From Basidiobolus ranarum (lineage: Eukaryota), in assembly GCA_040143965.1 (NCBI GenBank), contig JASJQH010000024.1, positions 1-46,356 of the forward strand: a stretch of DNA of 46,356 bases, in the 5' to 3' direction. The notes below the pieces were generated by a model, which did no database searches, was not told where the DNA came from, and worked only from the letters and a program-made list of their open reading frames with translations. This document shows, one piece after another, positions 32,400-44,801 of the stretch; position 1 is the first letter of the stretch; each line of letters starts with the position of its first letter. The translations under genes and the position numbers were made by a program.

Positions 32400-35300
32400 T
32401 TACTTGGATCCAATCCACTTTGATTTGACTGAATTGTGATTATCTAAGGTTGAAGTTGAACGTAAAGAACGAAATGTATTGGAGCGAGGGATGCTAGCTG
32501 TTCGAACGACGCGTTTCATAAAACTATTTTGTGAGGAGTTGTGAGAATTCAAATGGTGTAGCTCTTGAACTTCTCGACGTAGCTGATCCAAGTCATTTTT
32601 CATCGCGTGACGTACATATTCCTCAGATACCTCGTTGCCATCAAGTTCAAGATTATTCAAATGTTGTCCAAACAATTCTCCTTCCTCTTCCCCGGTGTTG
32701 TATAGATTTTCAGCCACACATTGCTGGCGAAGAAGGATGTTCTGTGTAATTAACGATTCTAGGCCAAGGTCATTGCCGAAGAATCTGCGAAGCTTTGAAA
32801 GCTTTTTCTGACGGTTTACCTTATTTACGCCATCGCTAGCTAGACTACCATCATCATCAGATACTTCTTCTTCACTAAAAGTATCCAAGTTATTTTCAGT
32901 GGATCCAAAACCAGTGGACGACTGATCATCTCTGATTCCTGACAATAGTTCGAGATAGTGCATTAGGTCTTCTACTGAGTTTTCCGTCTCTAGAAGATAG
33001 GATACGATAGAGGAGCGTTTTTGGAGAGGAACCTCGGTTTCCTTATTAACTTTAATAAACTCTTTGGGCGGATGTTGACCAAATACTTTCTCAAGCTTGT
33101 TGGCCCTCTTCACCTGTAGCTTTCGAATTTCAGGCGGTGCTGTTTTAGCATTTCGATAGATCATGCTCTCGGTACGCTTCACATTTGAAGATCCATTCTC
33201 AATTTCGTTGGGAGATGGGTATATACCTAAGAGTTGGTGCAGTTTGACGAGCTTTTTTCGTTTGATTTCTTTAGAGTTAAGCCTCGAAGGGAATTCTTGA
33301 TCATCCGAATCTTGTTCACACTTCTCGGACTCTGATACAGGAGAATTGTAACAATCAGCTGGGTCTTTGTTGGGATCGCAATTTAATTTATGAGCCATTA
33401 TTGGATTTGTTAGCGATTTGGAGACAAATTGCTCATCCATTGGTTCTCCGAAAAGCAGTTTTAGTTTTCGCGTACGCTTTGTAAGTAATCGACGTTCTTC
33501 TGGAGAAAGATCATTGTAGGTAGTCAACGGACACAGTGGAGCAGGCCCATCAGATTCAAAAGAGTCCCGGGTCTCGAAGTCCTCCTCTGAATTGACCAAG
33601 TTCTGATGAGCTAGCTGATTAGTCGAAAGCCTTTTTCCAAAGAAATCTTCCAACTTCCCGAGCTTTTCGATCTTCTTCTTTTTCATTGTTTCATGATTCA
33701 TGTTCCACGAAAAATCATCATCTGGTAGACATTCTGGTGATTTAGATGGTGTATTGGAAGATGGAAATAGTTCATCTATAATTTGTTGGATGCTCTCTTT
33801 TTCAGCAGATCGCTGTCCCATTAGTCTAGCTAGCTTCTTCTTCATCATGATTCTTTTGGTATTTTGTTCAGCATTCGGGTGTCTTGACCCAGTAAAGTAA
33901 GGGCTCATTGGGATGGGTGTGAACATTTGATTCATGATTTGTTCAAGTATGTTGTCTCGTTCTTGTAATGCACTCTGCATATCTAACTGATTTTCCTGGT
34001 ATCTACTAATAGTATCCATCACAGTAGCCACAGTACCAATATCAAACTGTAACCACTTAGTTGTCGACTCGCTAATATAAGCCTCTTCGAAATTCGCGCC
34101 ATCTAGAAAAGAAAAGAACCTTAATAATGTGGAATTAAAGCCATATCTTGTAGACTCTGTTACCAATGGTTCTATCTTGTACAAGTTTAACATAGAGATC
34201 ACTGGCTTCGAACTGGGGTAGAATATTATGGACCAACAAATCAAATATATATTCCTGTGCTTCATCAAATATACTCAGATTGGGGAGGTGCTCGGGAGAG
34301 AGTATCGATGGGGGTATAGCATTTCTGAGTTCATCTGGAATGTTGATACGTAGCGGACCATCGTTGGAAATATAAACCTTGTAAAGGTAATCGGCAATGA
34401 CAGGGACCAAAGAAGATTTTGTACATCTATAAACCTCTACTTCGACCCAAAAGAGAAAATTCTCCAACGCATATTCTTGTAAACAAAATTGTCGGAAATA
34501 ATTTAGACAGATTTTGTTTTGAAAAATGCCTTGAAATTTGACTTCAGCTGAATTATTCTTGAGCGTTGAGGTGAGTTCACTTATTCCGTAAGAATCATGT
34601 GGCTTTTTGTTGATGGTGCAATTTCTGGGGAGAGCAACACTACCTCGTTTCTCATCCAAAATATTGTCCCAAGGCCGAAATTTCTCCGGGGGGCAAGACC
34701 ATCTTCTAGTGTCATCTTGAAGAATTTCATGTGTGTCGCTCGTATTAGCCATATCTAGTAAAGAACCACAAGTCAATTTTTAGCTACAAGCAAACGTAAT
34801 ATGACGAATTAAGGTAAAAACCAACCTTCGTAAATATTCACTACACGTATGATGTCATTTTCATTCAAGACATTTCCAATAGTATCGGAAAAAATCAACT
34901 CCACTTTTCCCGAAAATATAGCACCGCAAATTAGAGGCTTAGCATTGCCTTCACCATCGTCCTCAAAAATTTGCTCAGGCCCTAAAAGCTCCGAATCGTT
35001 CAAATCTTCCATTAAACCTTTATCGAGAAGCTGTTTCAGACTTTGTGTAGACTCTTTAACATAATCCAAGCTGCTAGCGGGAGTGGGTGAGCATAGGTAG
35101 TTGAAAGAATATTCAGCTTCAATTAATTTGGATAATTCTTCCACAGTACTTGAGCGTGATATGGTTACCGGAAAATAGTGATTCAAAGATACAAAAACAA
35201 TCACTCGTATGTAAGACTCAATATGTTCAAACGCTCTTTGGTTACGTGCGGCTTGAATTCTCAACCGTCGTGTTCGACGGGGGAATTGGTTCAAGCAAAA

Positions 35301-35456
35301 GATATCCTCTTGATTACGAATATCAAGAACGTGTCGACTGGGTAAAGCTGAATACCGGCACGAGGGTTTACTACTATTTTTTTGAGCTACATTGGGTGGA
35401 AACCCCATTTGACAAAGTTTCCCAGGAGATCTTGGGATTGGGGTCTTTAGGCTCAT
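32400..35456 (-). CDS. RGS-domain protein with N-terminal ubiquitin-like domain and C-terminal KLxxFFG repeats (3 exons)
   Basis: Introns 34755-34825 and 34103-34163 join three ORFs in frame. RGS box YFRQFCLQEYALENFLFW...IADYLYKVYI..GPLRINI...IFDEAQEYIFDLL..NILPQF..S.LY. Confidence 0.88.
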
Positions 35457-37220
35457 ACGAAAGAATCGAAAAGGCTGTTAGGTGTACACTTATGATATTT
35501 GGGAAGACAGCTTGGTGTATGGTATTTTGAATAGTAGATGTATAAAGCTAGTGAGTGATGTGACTTGCGACGAGAAATCCTAGAAATACTGAATTTAAAA
35601 AAAGTACTCGCACTTCATGATCATTTTTAAATAGTTTAAAAAGGGGCTAAGAGCGGAGAAATGGCTGGAAATCGATTTAGTTTAAAGGACTATGATCACA
35701 AATGTACATCATTGAGCTTAGAAAGTTGAATGGTTAAATGAATAGTAGTAAGAATTATGCACCGCTTACACCGAATGGCCATCATCTCACTAATTTCGGC
35801 CATTAAAATAGCCTGACATAATCAGGGCGCTTAAGCAAGTATTTCATCTCAGTGGTGATGGCTTAGCATGTAGAATTGATCTTAAATTAATGTGAGGATA
35901 TGCGAAAGTATGACTGACGATCATCGATTTTCAGCGAGGGTTGTGTAGAGATTTAGGTGGATAATTCCCTTTGCACTTCTACACGCGAGTAGGGTCAACG
36001 CATGTAAAATTCCATTCAATACTGATTGACGTATCATTTTTAATTATCGATCTACTTTCTTGTTGGAAACCTCCTATCAACACGTATATCTTACTCCTAC
36101 ATGAATACGTTGAGGGTTGCACCTGGAAGAAACTGCGAGATTCACTTCGGTGTCGCCTATTTTGCCAACATAGAGTCTGGCCACATCTACCATACAGCGG
36201 ATTCATGCAGCAGATGCCATTTAAATCCAGTTTTTTCCTGCTAGTTTTCGAACAAGCATTGAGAAAGCAGAGAACACATTAATCCGTTTTTATTGAACAC
36301 CATCACGCCGTAATGGTGACCATGATCTCCGAAATTGGTATAGTTGCTCCTCATCGTACATTAATTAAAGAGCGCTTCAAATCGTTCTTCTCAATTTGCC
36401 TAGAGATGTTCTTGTTGCGCCCTAAGTATTGAGATGTCATTCGAATGCTCGATCTATTTCATTTTTGGCTTTAATTCAAAGTGGGAGTGCATATATTCAT
36501 AGCGATCATGTGCGAATGAAAAGCTGGTATGTGACGTAGCCAATCAATTCCATAGCCGCACTGTATTAACCTTGATTGTGATCCGGGTAGGCTTCTCTAC
36601 GTAATTCCAATATTTCCAAGTTGCTTCTTTTAATCCTTGGAACTATCTCAAAAGGGTGAGTGGCCCGGTTGCACTTCCATCATTCTTACCAATCGTATAT
36701 CGACTCTAGTGTTGGTGATTCTTGAATAGGACAAGAGTTTGTTGATGACCTATTTCCATTTAGCTAGTTTTTGGTATCTTGAAACTGGTGTGAAACGACG
36801 CAATTTAGTTCGAAATACTGGGTGTTGTGTCACGAATCTACTGGTCTGTTCGATGGAGAGACCGCAAATACTGAAAGGACAATGTGTTTAAAAAGTTCCG
36901 TTGGTGATTACTTTTTGCTACGACCAGGATCTGGATCAGGTGGCTGAAAAAGGGGGGAGTCCCCTAAAATCTGGGAATTTTCTCACAGCCTCTTATCCAA
37001 CTACATCATTCAAGCTATTTTCAAGTAGATACATGCGAAAGCGCAAATAGTATTTCCCAGATTGCCATTTAATAGTCTACAGAGTCAGACAGTATATGCT
37101 AATGTTGGACAAAGTCACGTTGATGTGGGAATTTCAATGTCAGCTTTGACTATATAGTTATTGTAGCTCTTTAGAAGTCAGTTTTTGAAATATTCTATAG
37201 TGCTTATACCTCCAAACGAA

Positions 37221-38240
37221 ATGGTAGGGTTATCTAAACCTGGTTTTTACAAAGGACACCGATTCTAACTGTGTTTTTTAAGCCTACTCAAGATAAACCA
37301 GTACTCTACACTTATTTCCGGTCTGCTTGTTCTGCTCGAGTTCGAATCGCTCTAAATCTCAAAGGAATAGAGTATGAACCTCACTTTGTTAACCTTCTTG
37401 AGGGTAAACAGGTACGGAGACTAAAGATATTTCAATATTTGAAGTAAACTAACTTTTACCCCTAGCTAACTGAAGAATATGCCGCGAAGAATCCACATAA
37501 ATTGGTTCCTACCTTGGAAATAGACGGCCAAACATTCTCTCAGTCTATGGCTATCCTTGAATACTTGGAGGAAACTCGTTCTGGTAAAGCTTAATTGCTC
37601 AAGTAAACTCTTTTAATGATTCGTAATATCTCATACATACAATAGAGTTCCCACTGCTTCCTAAGGATCCTGTTAAGAGGGCTGAGGTTGGCCTTGTGTT
37701 TATAATTGCGATGGCTGTTTGAAAATCGATACTAAGTGTTAATCATAGATTCGTGGTCTTCTTTATTCTATCATCGCTGATATACAACCTATTCAAAATC
37801 TCCGTGTATTGAATTATGTTGGAGAGAGTAAAGTTGAATGGGCCAAGCATTGGATCACCGTTGGATTTGAAGGTATCAATTACTTGCTGAGCGTTGATAT
37901 CGGTTAGATTTAAACTAACTTCCATATTTCTATTTCCTTAGGAATCGAAAAAGCACTCGAAAAGACTGCAGGAAAGTACTGCTTTGGAGATGATATCACA
38001 TTAATGGATGTATGTTTGGCTCCACAAATGTACAATGCCAAAAGGTAAAGTGACTCTAAATTCAAACCTTTACCAACACTATTACTTATTTTTGGACCTT
38101 TTAGATTTGGTGTTGATTTGAAGAAGTTTCCCATCATCTCTCGTATTGATGAAGAACTTAATCAAGTAGAAGCATTCAAGCTGGCTCACTGGCAATCACA
38201 ACCTGATTGTCCTGAAAGTCTCAGAGAATCTACCAAGTGA
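37221..38240 (+). CDS. maiA: Maleylacetoacetate isomerase / glutathione transferase zeta (7 exons)
   Basis: Spliced: M|PTQDKPVLYTYFRSACSARVRIALNLKG...NPHKLVPTL...SQSMAILEYLEE...DIQPIQNLRVL...GKYCFGDDITLMDVCLAPQMYNAKRF...AHWQSQPDCP. Missed by the ORF track. Confidence 0.95.
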
Positions 38241-38513
38241 TACCCTGGTTTGAATCATTCAAACAAAGCCAAATTGAATCTTCTCATAATTAAAGAAATA
38301 TGCATAACCACGAATCGTCTATCCAATATTCATGTGAATTAAATTAAGTTTGGTACGTCAAGACGTTCTGGTAGTCTTCAGATGTAGACCCATTTCAAAT
38401 AGAGATAGAAACATAGAGTTTGGTATGCTGACACACTCTGATGAAAATGATACTTTTTTATATTATTAATATATAAAAGATACACTATTAGATAGAAATG
38501 TAACTTATATCGA

Positions 38514-38972
38514 TTATATTCCTTTGGCCTTTGTGGGTAAAGGACGATATTTCTTGGGTATAAATCTACCCCACATACGAAGAGCAATCTGTTGGAAATG
38601 AAGACGTCTACCAAAAATTGTACCAACAGTAACTAAAATACAGGAATAAAGAGGAAGAGTAGTCGCTAAGTAAGCTCCTCGATATGACCAAGGGCCTTCT
38701 GTGAAAGAGCCTTCCACACCAAGAACATCTTTTAATACTGGTCGAACTACTTTTACAGTACTAGAACCAGTTATAGCAAAAACTGTCATAATAATACTCC
38801 ATTCTTTCCACCAAGGCCAACTCCATCGTGTGAGATTCAGTCCTTCCGGAACTAGGGAAAAGTTCCGAACTTGTAGACCAGCTCTAAATGAAGAAGTTTT
38901 AGAACTGCTTGAGAGAAGAGTGCTGCGAACAGGAGTAGCAAGTGTGTAACGGCGTAGGGCTGTGGTGAACAT
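38514..38972 (-). CDS. DUF6787-like small membrane protein with mitochondrial presequence, intronless
   Basis: N-terminus is Arg/Ser-rich and lacks acidic residues (MFTTALRRYTLATPVRSTLL...RNFS). Core motifs VFAITGSS and PLYSCILVTVGTIFG...F resemble DUF6787 as recalled. Confidence 0.75.
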   Translation of the reverse strand: MFTTALRRYTLATPVRSTLLSSSSKTSSFRAGLQVRNFSLVPEGLNLTRWSWPWWKEWSIIMTVFAITGSSTVKVVRPVLKDVLGVEGSFTEGPWSYRGAYLATTLPLYSCILVTVGTIFGRRLHFQQIALRMWGRFIPKKYRPLPTKAKGI

Positions 38973-39556
38973 CTCACGTTTACGCTACTCTTGGAAGTTC
39001 AAAGGAAGAAGGTTTTCGGAATATATGACTAGAAAATTTCTCATGTATTTAAAACTACAATGTGGCATCAATCTCATAGTATGTACACAGTTCGTGTATT
39101 TTTCATATAGCCAATGATCAACTAACTCCAATGCAAGTGCAAATAAACAGAAAAATCTATTAGTAGATTTAATAGCTACTTGTTTAATTCATGTGATTTT
39201 AAAAGTAGAGCAGGCAGGGGATAGCATGATTTGATTGAAAGAGGAACTGCTCAGTCTATTTAGTGGCTAACATTCCAAGTCAAGTCATAAAACCTGACTT
39301 AGTGTTCTAAAGGAATATCTAAGTACGCATCCGCATGTTTGACAAAGACCTTTAAAAAGCAAACCTTTCTATTTGTTGAATATGATCACGCAAAGCCATA
39401 TTTTCTTCCTGAACTCGCCTAAGCTCTTTTCTTAAGCCTTCATTTTCCATTATGAGGGCATCCTGCTTCTGGTTCTCTTTCGAGAGATCCAGGATTTTCT
39501 TTTCTGCTTCGATTACTAGAAGAAGGTGTTACTGCTAGTGTATTCCTACTTAATAT

Positions 39557-42103
39557 TTACGGCGAATAGACAAACATTGGTTTCCAAGATTTTCTAATTG
39601 ATTTCTGTAATACATAGTTGTGTCGGTGGAGGCTTTCATGGGGCTGTCCACTGTTGTAGGTAACTTTGTGGTAGAGTACTTGCTGGATGATGCGGGTGCT
39701 GATACATTGATTGTAATTAGATATCAAAAATTGGCTTCTATTACAAGTTATTGAGTCACCTTCAAATGCCAGTTCGACACTGGTGGTAGGGGTTGTAGTG
39801 AAGCAATAACTCAAATCGTCGGGGCACTCCAGTTTCTAAAGCACAACAGTGTTAGTTAGAGGAAGCTTGCCGATATGAGTGGTGGAGAGGATGCATACAC
39901 TGGTTGTTAAAAGCATTTGTTTCTGTTTTTCTGTGAATGTCGAGACCATCAACCCTGCTCGAACCTAATTAATGTTAGAGACGATCTTTGCCGGGCCAGG
40001 GCTAGGGTCAGAGCCAGGACTTACCATTCGCAATAAAAGGGTTTCATCGATATTATGCTGAATGATGAATGTGAATCAGAAATCTTGTAGTGAACCTTCA
40101 ATTAATGACTATGCATACATATTCCTTCGTGAAGTGACCCTTCAATGATTCTATGGCCACTGTGATTCAGTAGTATTAGTAGTGGTGGTTAATAAGTGAC
40201 TGTTAATGAACTGTTCTCCACGACTACTTACACTTGAGCATTTCAAATATATGGTCTCGATGAAGAGTCGTGATGATATTTCGCTGATGCCACGGACACT
40301 TCACTAAAATACTTATAACTGAAAATAGCAGTTGTGAGTTTCATAATGTATCCTTTCATAAATTATCCTGAATGGACATCCTACCATTTTCGAAAGGTCT
40401 TTCGGCACATTTTCTAGAGAAATGTAACTATACAAATAGACACAATTATATACCAGAATATAGAGGACTTGGTACAATGGGACACAGAGAGAGGTGAAGT
40501 TCTACCTTATAGTTTTTACAAATCATCAGCACAGAGTTGATTTCATCTCGAGATAAGAGCATTGTTGGTTGTGCATTTCTTTCACGAGAAGAGTCTTGTG
40601 GCATGATGACGTTGTTTCCCACAAATGATCCTCTCCAATTTGGGAAAATTGCTCGCATAAGTTCCTCTTGAGAGGATTTCGAAACACCTACGATCCGCCC
40701 TTTAAGAACCTTTAGGTTTCTTGTTTGTATCATGTCCAAGGCTTCGTGGATGGTTTGCACCTCTATAAAAGCGTAACTCAACGTCTTCCCAGTTGATCTA
40801 AGACACTGCTATAGTTAATTCTCATCGATCTATTCATAATAGTATTCAAAATCATTGTATACCGATCCATAATTATATGTATGGCTTGAGCAAGGATCTT
40901 CTCATTGGGAATCTGAATGAACGATTAGATGCAGGGCCAAATGCAGGGTTTTTAGCTTTAAGACTAAGAATGTCACCTCATATGGTTGCAGAAATGCTTT
41001 GATATCATTCTGCGACACATCCCAAGGAATCTAAAAGCAATGTATTAATTAGAAGGCAGTTCGGTTGTATCAGCAAAGAGACACAAGACCCACGTTACTT
41101 ATTTTGACTACCAGAAAGTCATGAGCTGTTGCTTGAGATTCATATATACCTGGGTCCGTTGCTTCCGATGCCGACGTAACGTAGGATCGAAAGATCGTAG
41201 GAGAAGAAGTTTGTGCCTGAGATTGGAAGTAGGTAAGTACCTGGCCACTTTGTAAGATGGTTATTTACCTGTTGGCAGATTCCACAACTATTGGACAGGC
41301 TGTATAAATTCCAGCACTGATGACAACTCCTGGGGTGATGAGTATGTTCAATAAAAGCTCTTTTACAATCCATGAATTTAAATGAATCCTACCTATGACC
41401 ACAAGGCTGCATCACTGTAGTGGTATAGACTTTACAGTGGTCACATGGCCCTAATCCTCTGGTCGGAGTGTCAGCTGGGCTCAATAAACTCTCTCTATAT
41501 GTGGCGCCTCTTTCATCATAAGTCAAAGGATCCCATGAGAGTGGAGTTTCCTGTCCTAATCGACTCCTGATCGTGAATTTTGGTGGTTCTATTGGATTGG
41601 GGGTTGTACTGCTTTCTCGAACTGAGAAGCGTCTGTGCGACATGATAACCTGATCCAATGGCGAGGCAGGCGAGGTGGGAGTAGGGAAAGGCATCATTCG
41701 TGATGGATGGATATCCTATTGAAAAATAAGGTTAAGTTTCAAATGAATTATCCGTGAATACAGAAAATACTAACAGCACGTGGGCCAAACCGTTGCATCT
41801 CTTGGTAACGAAGGTGCTCTCTTTTTGGTGTGACTTCTTCTAAAAGAGTTTCATACAATTGTTACATCCTGTGAGCTAAATGTGGCACTATCTGGCTGGT
41901 TTACCTTTCCGATATTGACGGGCCTCAATCTCCGTATGATATGCAGTATCTACGTTGTGCCAATGACCACTTTGTGGTCGCACTGGCCTCTTGTCATCAA
42001 GCTCCTGTCTGGATTCAATCCCAGAATAGTAAGTTGGAGCCTGTGGATTTAATGAAGAGCTTCCTGAGGAAGAGTGTTGTGGATGGGGCTTATCTCCCTC
42101 CAT
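39557..42103 (-). CDS. RING finger + RRM RNA-binding protein (~14 exons)
   Basis: Spliced product has a C3HC4 RING (CDHC..PCGHRSCHQC..CGIC), an RRM (VVKISNIPWDVSQNDI...IHIIMDRSTGKTLSYAFIEV) and a conserved helical block LHFSRKCAERPFENVISILVKCPW. TATA at 42311-42317. Terminal exons are less certain. Confidence 0.82.
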
Positions 42104-43864
42104 AAATGTATTTTGATTATGTAGAAGCAAAGGCAGATGTTATCTATGACTAACGAACAGAATAAAGAGGTCAAAGGATGGATGGAAATGTCAACGGCAA
42201 CTGTAGAACCCTGGTGTCATGGGGCTTCTCTACCGTGAGTTCAGAAGCAAGCAGCGATCACAATGCACTGAGATAGGTTCAGAATAAGAAAAAAGTCACG
42301 CTTTTTGTTTTTATATAGGGTCTAATATTGAAGTACGAAACTATGCTCTTGAATCCCAAAATGGACAAGATCGCAACCACTATAAGGATGCGATATAAGC
42401 CATTCGCAACTCGGGTGTCAAGGCAGTTGTTTAATCCATGTATATTTTAAGTGTATACATAACAGCTCACTAAGTCCGGCTGCATTTGGAATGTCAATCA
42501 TTCGCTTCTTAAGGAAAATCCCTCTATCCCAGCAAAGCACAGCATGAGGAGGTTCATACACATTTTATTATGGCAAACTCGCTCGATGGATGCTATCAAC
42601 CCATGATTGAGCTTTCGAACACAGGGCTGTTAAAAATGAAACAACGATGAGAATTTTGAGACAAAATATTAAGTATAGCATCTTTGTTTCAGTTTCCTAA
42701 TCTAGCTAAAACTTCCTACACTCCAACCTGCCCGCTGAAAATTGTCTTCAGGTTTGCTTTAGTTACGCATCTATCCAACGGCCAGGTAAAACATCCACCG
42801 CGATGCCCTACATGCAAGGCTGAGCACTGCAAGCACTGGATTCAGAACATTACTAAGATTAGATTTAAGTTCCGAACATTGCCAGAATTGATTAACTGAG
42901 ATACTTTCCTTTGCTGTACATGATCATCCTCTCATAGCTATCAGTAACAGATCAATATCAAATGAACAACGGCAAAGGCAGCATTGTTTCATTATACTGG
43001 GGCTCGCGTAACAGACATGCTTTCCCTGTCTATATGTTGTTGCTCATCGAAACAACTCTCCTCTCGTCTCTGTGCTCGGTGAGCAGCCATTCTAACTCTC
43101 TTACTGCCATACCTCATACGCCCTAGAAGCTTTAACACTCATACGTCTCCATGTGATTTTATTTATCACACGGTGTATTTGGCATGCCGTCTGGTCCAGC
43201 CTCTCCCTTCAAACGTTCCATAGCCTGAAAAAATTTGCTTAATCATCGTCTCGGCATTATGACTCTTTTCCTTAGCTATAAAATAGGAATCGCAAGATGC
43301 GATAAAGATTTACATCTGTTATTGGAATACACAAATGACTTTCTGGTTACACATCAACTTAAACATTCATCATCTGCTTACTACTTGCCGCTTTACACTG
43401 GGCGATAGAGGTTCATATCAAGATCAAGCATAATAATGGGGAAAGATCTGATGCATCTTGTTCCGTCCACCCTGGATTACCACTTGTCTTCGTGATGAAT
43501 TAAACCGGAGTGATACTTGCTATCTCGAATCAACGGGGTTAACTATGTACTACGTGTGGAGTCCAGATCGCTGATGCTTCGGTACTTAGAATGAATGGGT
43601 CTCTACTTCAAAACCGCTGGCTTCGGGCAACTCACTTTTCGACAATCTTATTTTCACTGATTTGATACACCTCCCAGATAGCTTGATACCCTATACTTCT
43701 CACCCACATTCCCTTAATTGTGGTTTCCGAGCGACCACAGGAGAGATACAGTGTGACAGTTTAACAAACGTCGTAGATTAAGATCCAATATGCAAGTCAC
43801 AGAGAGATTGCTTAACTGAAATTCCATTTATAATAAGAGGCTGGCGATTTTCTGCTTAGCTTCG

Positions 43865-44801
43865 ATGAGTATGTCGAATTCTAACACGATGGAACAGGCT
43901 CTTTTGGAAGATACTATCACTGCTGTAATTATCGGGCTTTCACTCCCACTCGCCCTGGATAGTGCCTACCAAGCAACTCGAATGGTATTCAAAGAACCGG
44001 CGCTTATCTACAAGCTGAATTTCATCCAGGCTTGGGTTCGATGCATCTGTAGTCTATTAGAAGTTGGATTGGAATTGCAAACGAACAAGGATTGCTATAC
44101 TATCACAATCCAATATCACGTGGCTGCTTTCATCTCTTTATCGTGTATTCATACTATTCTATATCTTAAAGCCTATTATACTTCGCTGTCTACGAAGTTA
44201 GTTGCAGTTATTTGCGTATCGTTGCAGGGACTTGGGGTATTTTGCCTCATTCAGATGTTCGCCAATTATGAACACACCAAGACGATGTTGGGAGGCTGTA
44301 TCATTAATTTCTCTACCTGGTACACATTGGCATTGTTATCGTGCACCACTACCATCATGATCCTTCTCAGCTCCATTTTCGTCTATAATATCATTCGCTT
44401 ATCAAGATTTAACAACAGAGGATTCTATCGTATCCTGGCTAGAGATGGAGCAATTTTCGGGATAGTCATTGTCTTTTGCGATATTATCTTGGCCGTCACC
44501 ACTGTCTTGAACTTCACCAACTCCTGGTATCTGCTTTATGTGGGATGTAAGAAACTTGTTATTTGAATACTAAGGTAGTACAGAACTAACCCAAGCTTCT
44601 ATAGGGACAATTAAAAGCCGGTTAATGTCTGAGATGATGTTAGCCACACATAACAGGCGTAAGGGTGGATGGTCATCAGAAGATAGTCCTGAGAGCAATG
44701 CTACCTATTTCGCAGGAACACTGATGAATGAACAACCAGAAAGTAATAATACGAGAAACATCGAACTACTAGACCTTTCAAAAGATGAACCTGACAACTG
44801 A
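43865..44801 (+). CDS. Orphan 7TM (GPCR-like) membrane protein (2 exons)
   Basis: About seven hydrophobic segments, with Cys at the top of TM3 (DCY) and in the ECL2 position (GGC), and ILARDG before TM6. Intron 44548-44604 gives VGWTIKSRL. TATA-like TTTATAA at ~43827. Confidence 0.7.

Noticed and set aside
35971-36282. Overlapping ORFs in the RGS/MAAI divergent intergenic region
   Set aside because: No coding bias or domain similarity is evident.
40348-40356. U12-type donor-like GTATCCTTT
   Set aside because: It lies on the plus strand, antisense within an intron of the minus-strand RING-RRM gene. All introns I reconstructed are U2-type GT-AG.
11574-44801. G-protein signalling gene cluster (G-alpha, DOCK, RGS, 7TM)
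   Set aside because: The genes are spread over 33 kb and interleaved with unrelated genes. These families are large, so co-location is plausibly chance without synteny data.
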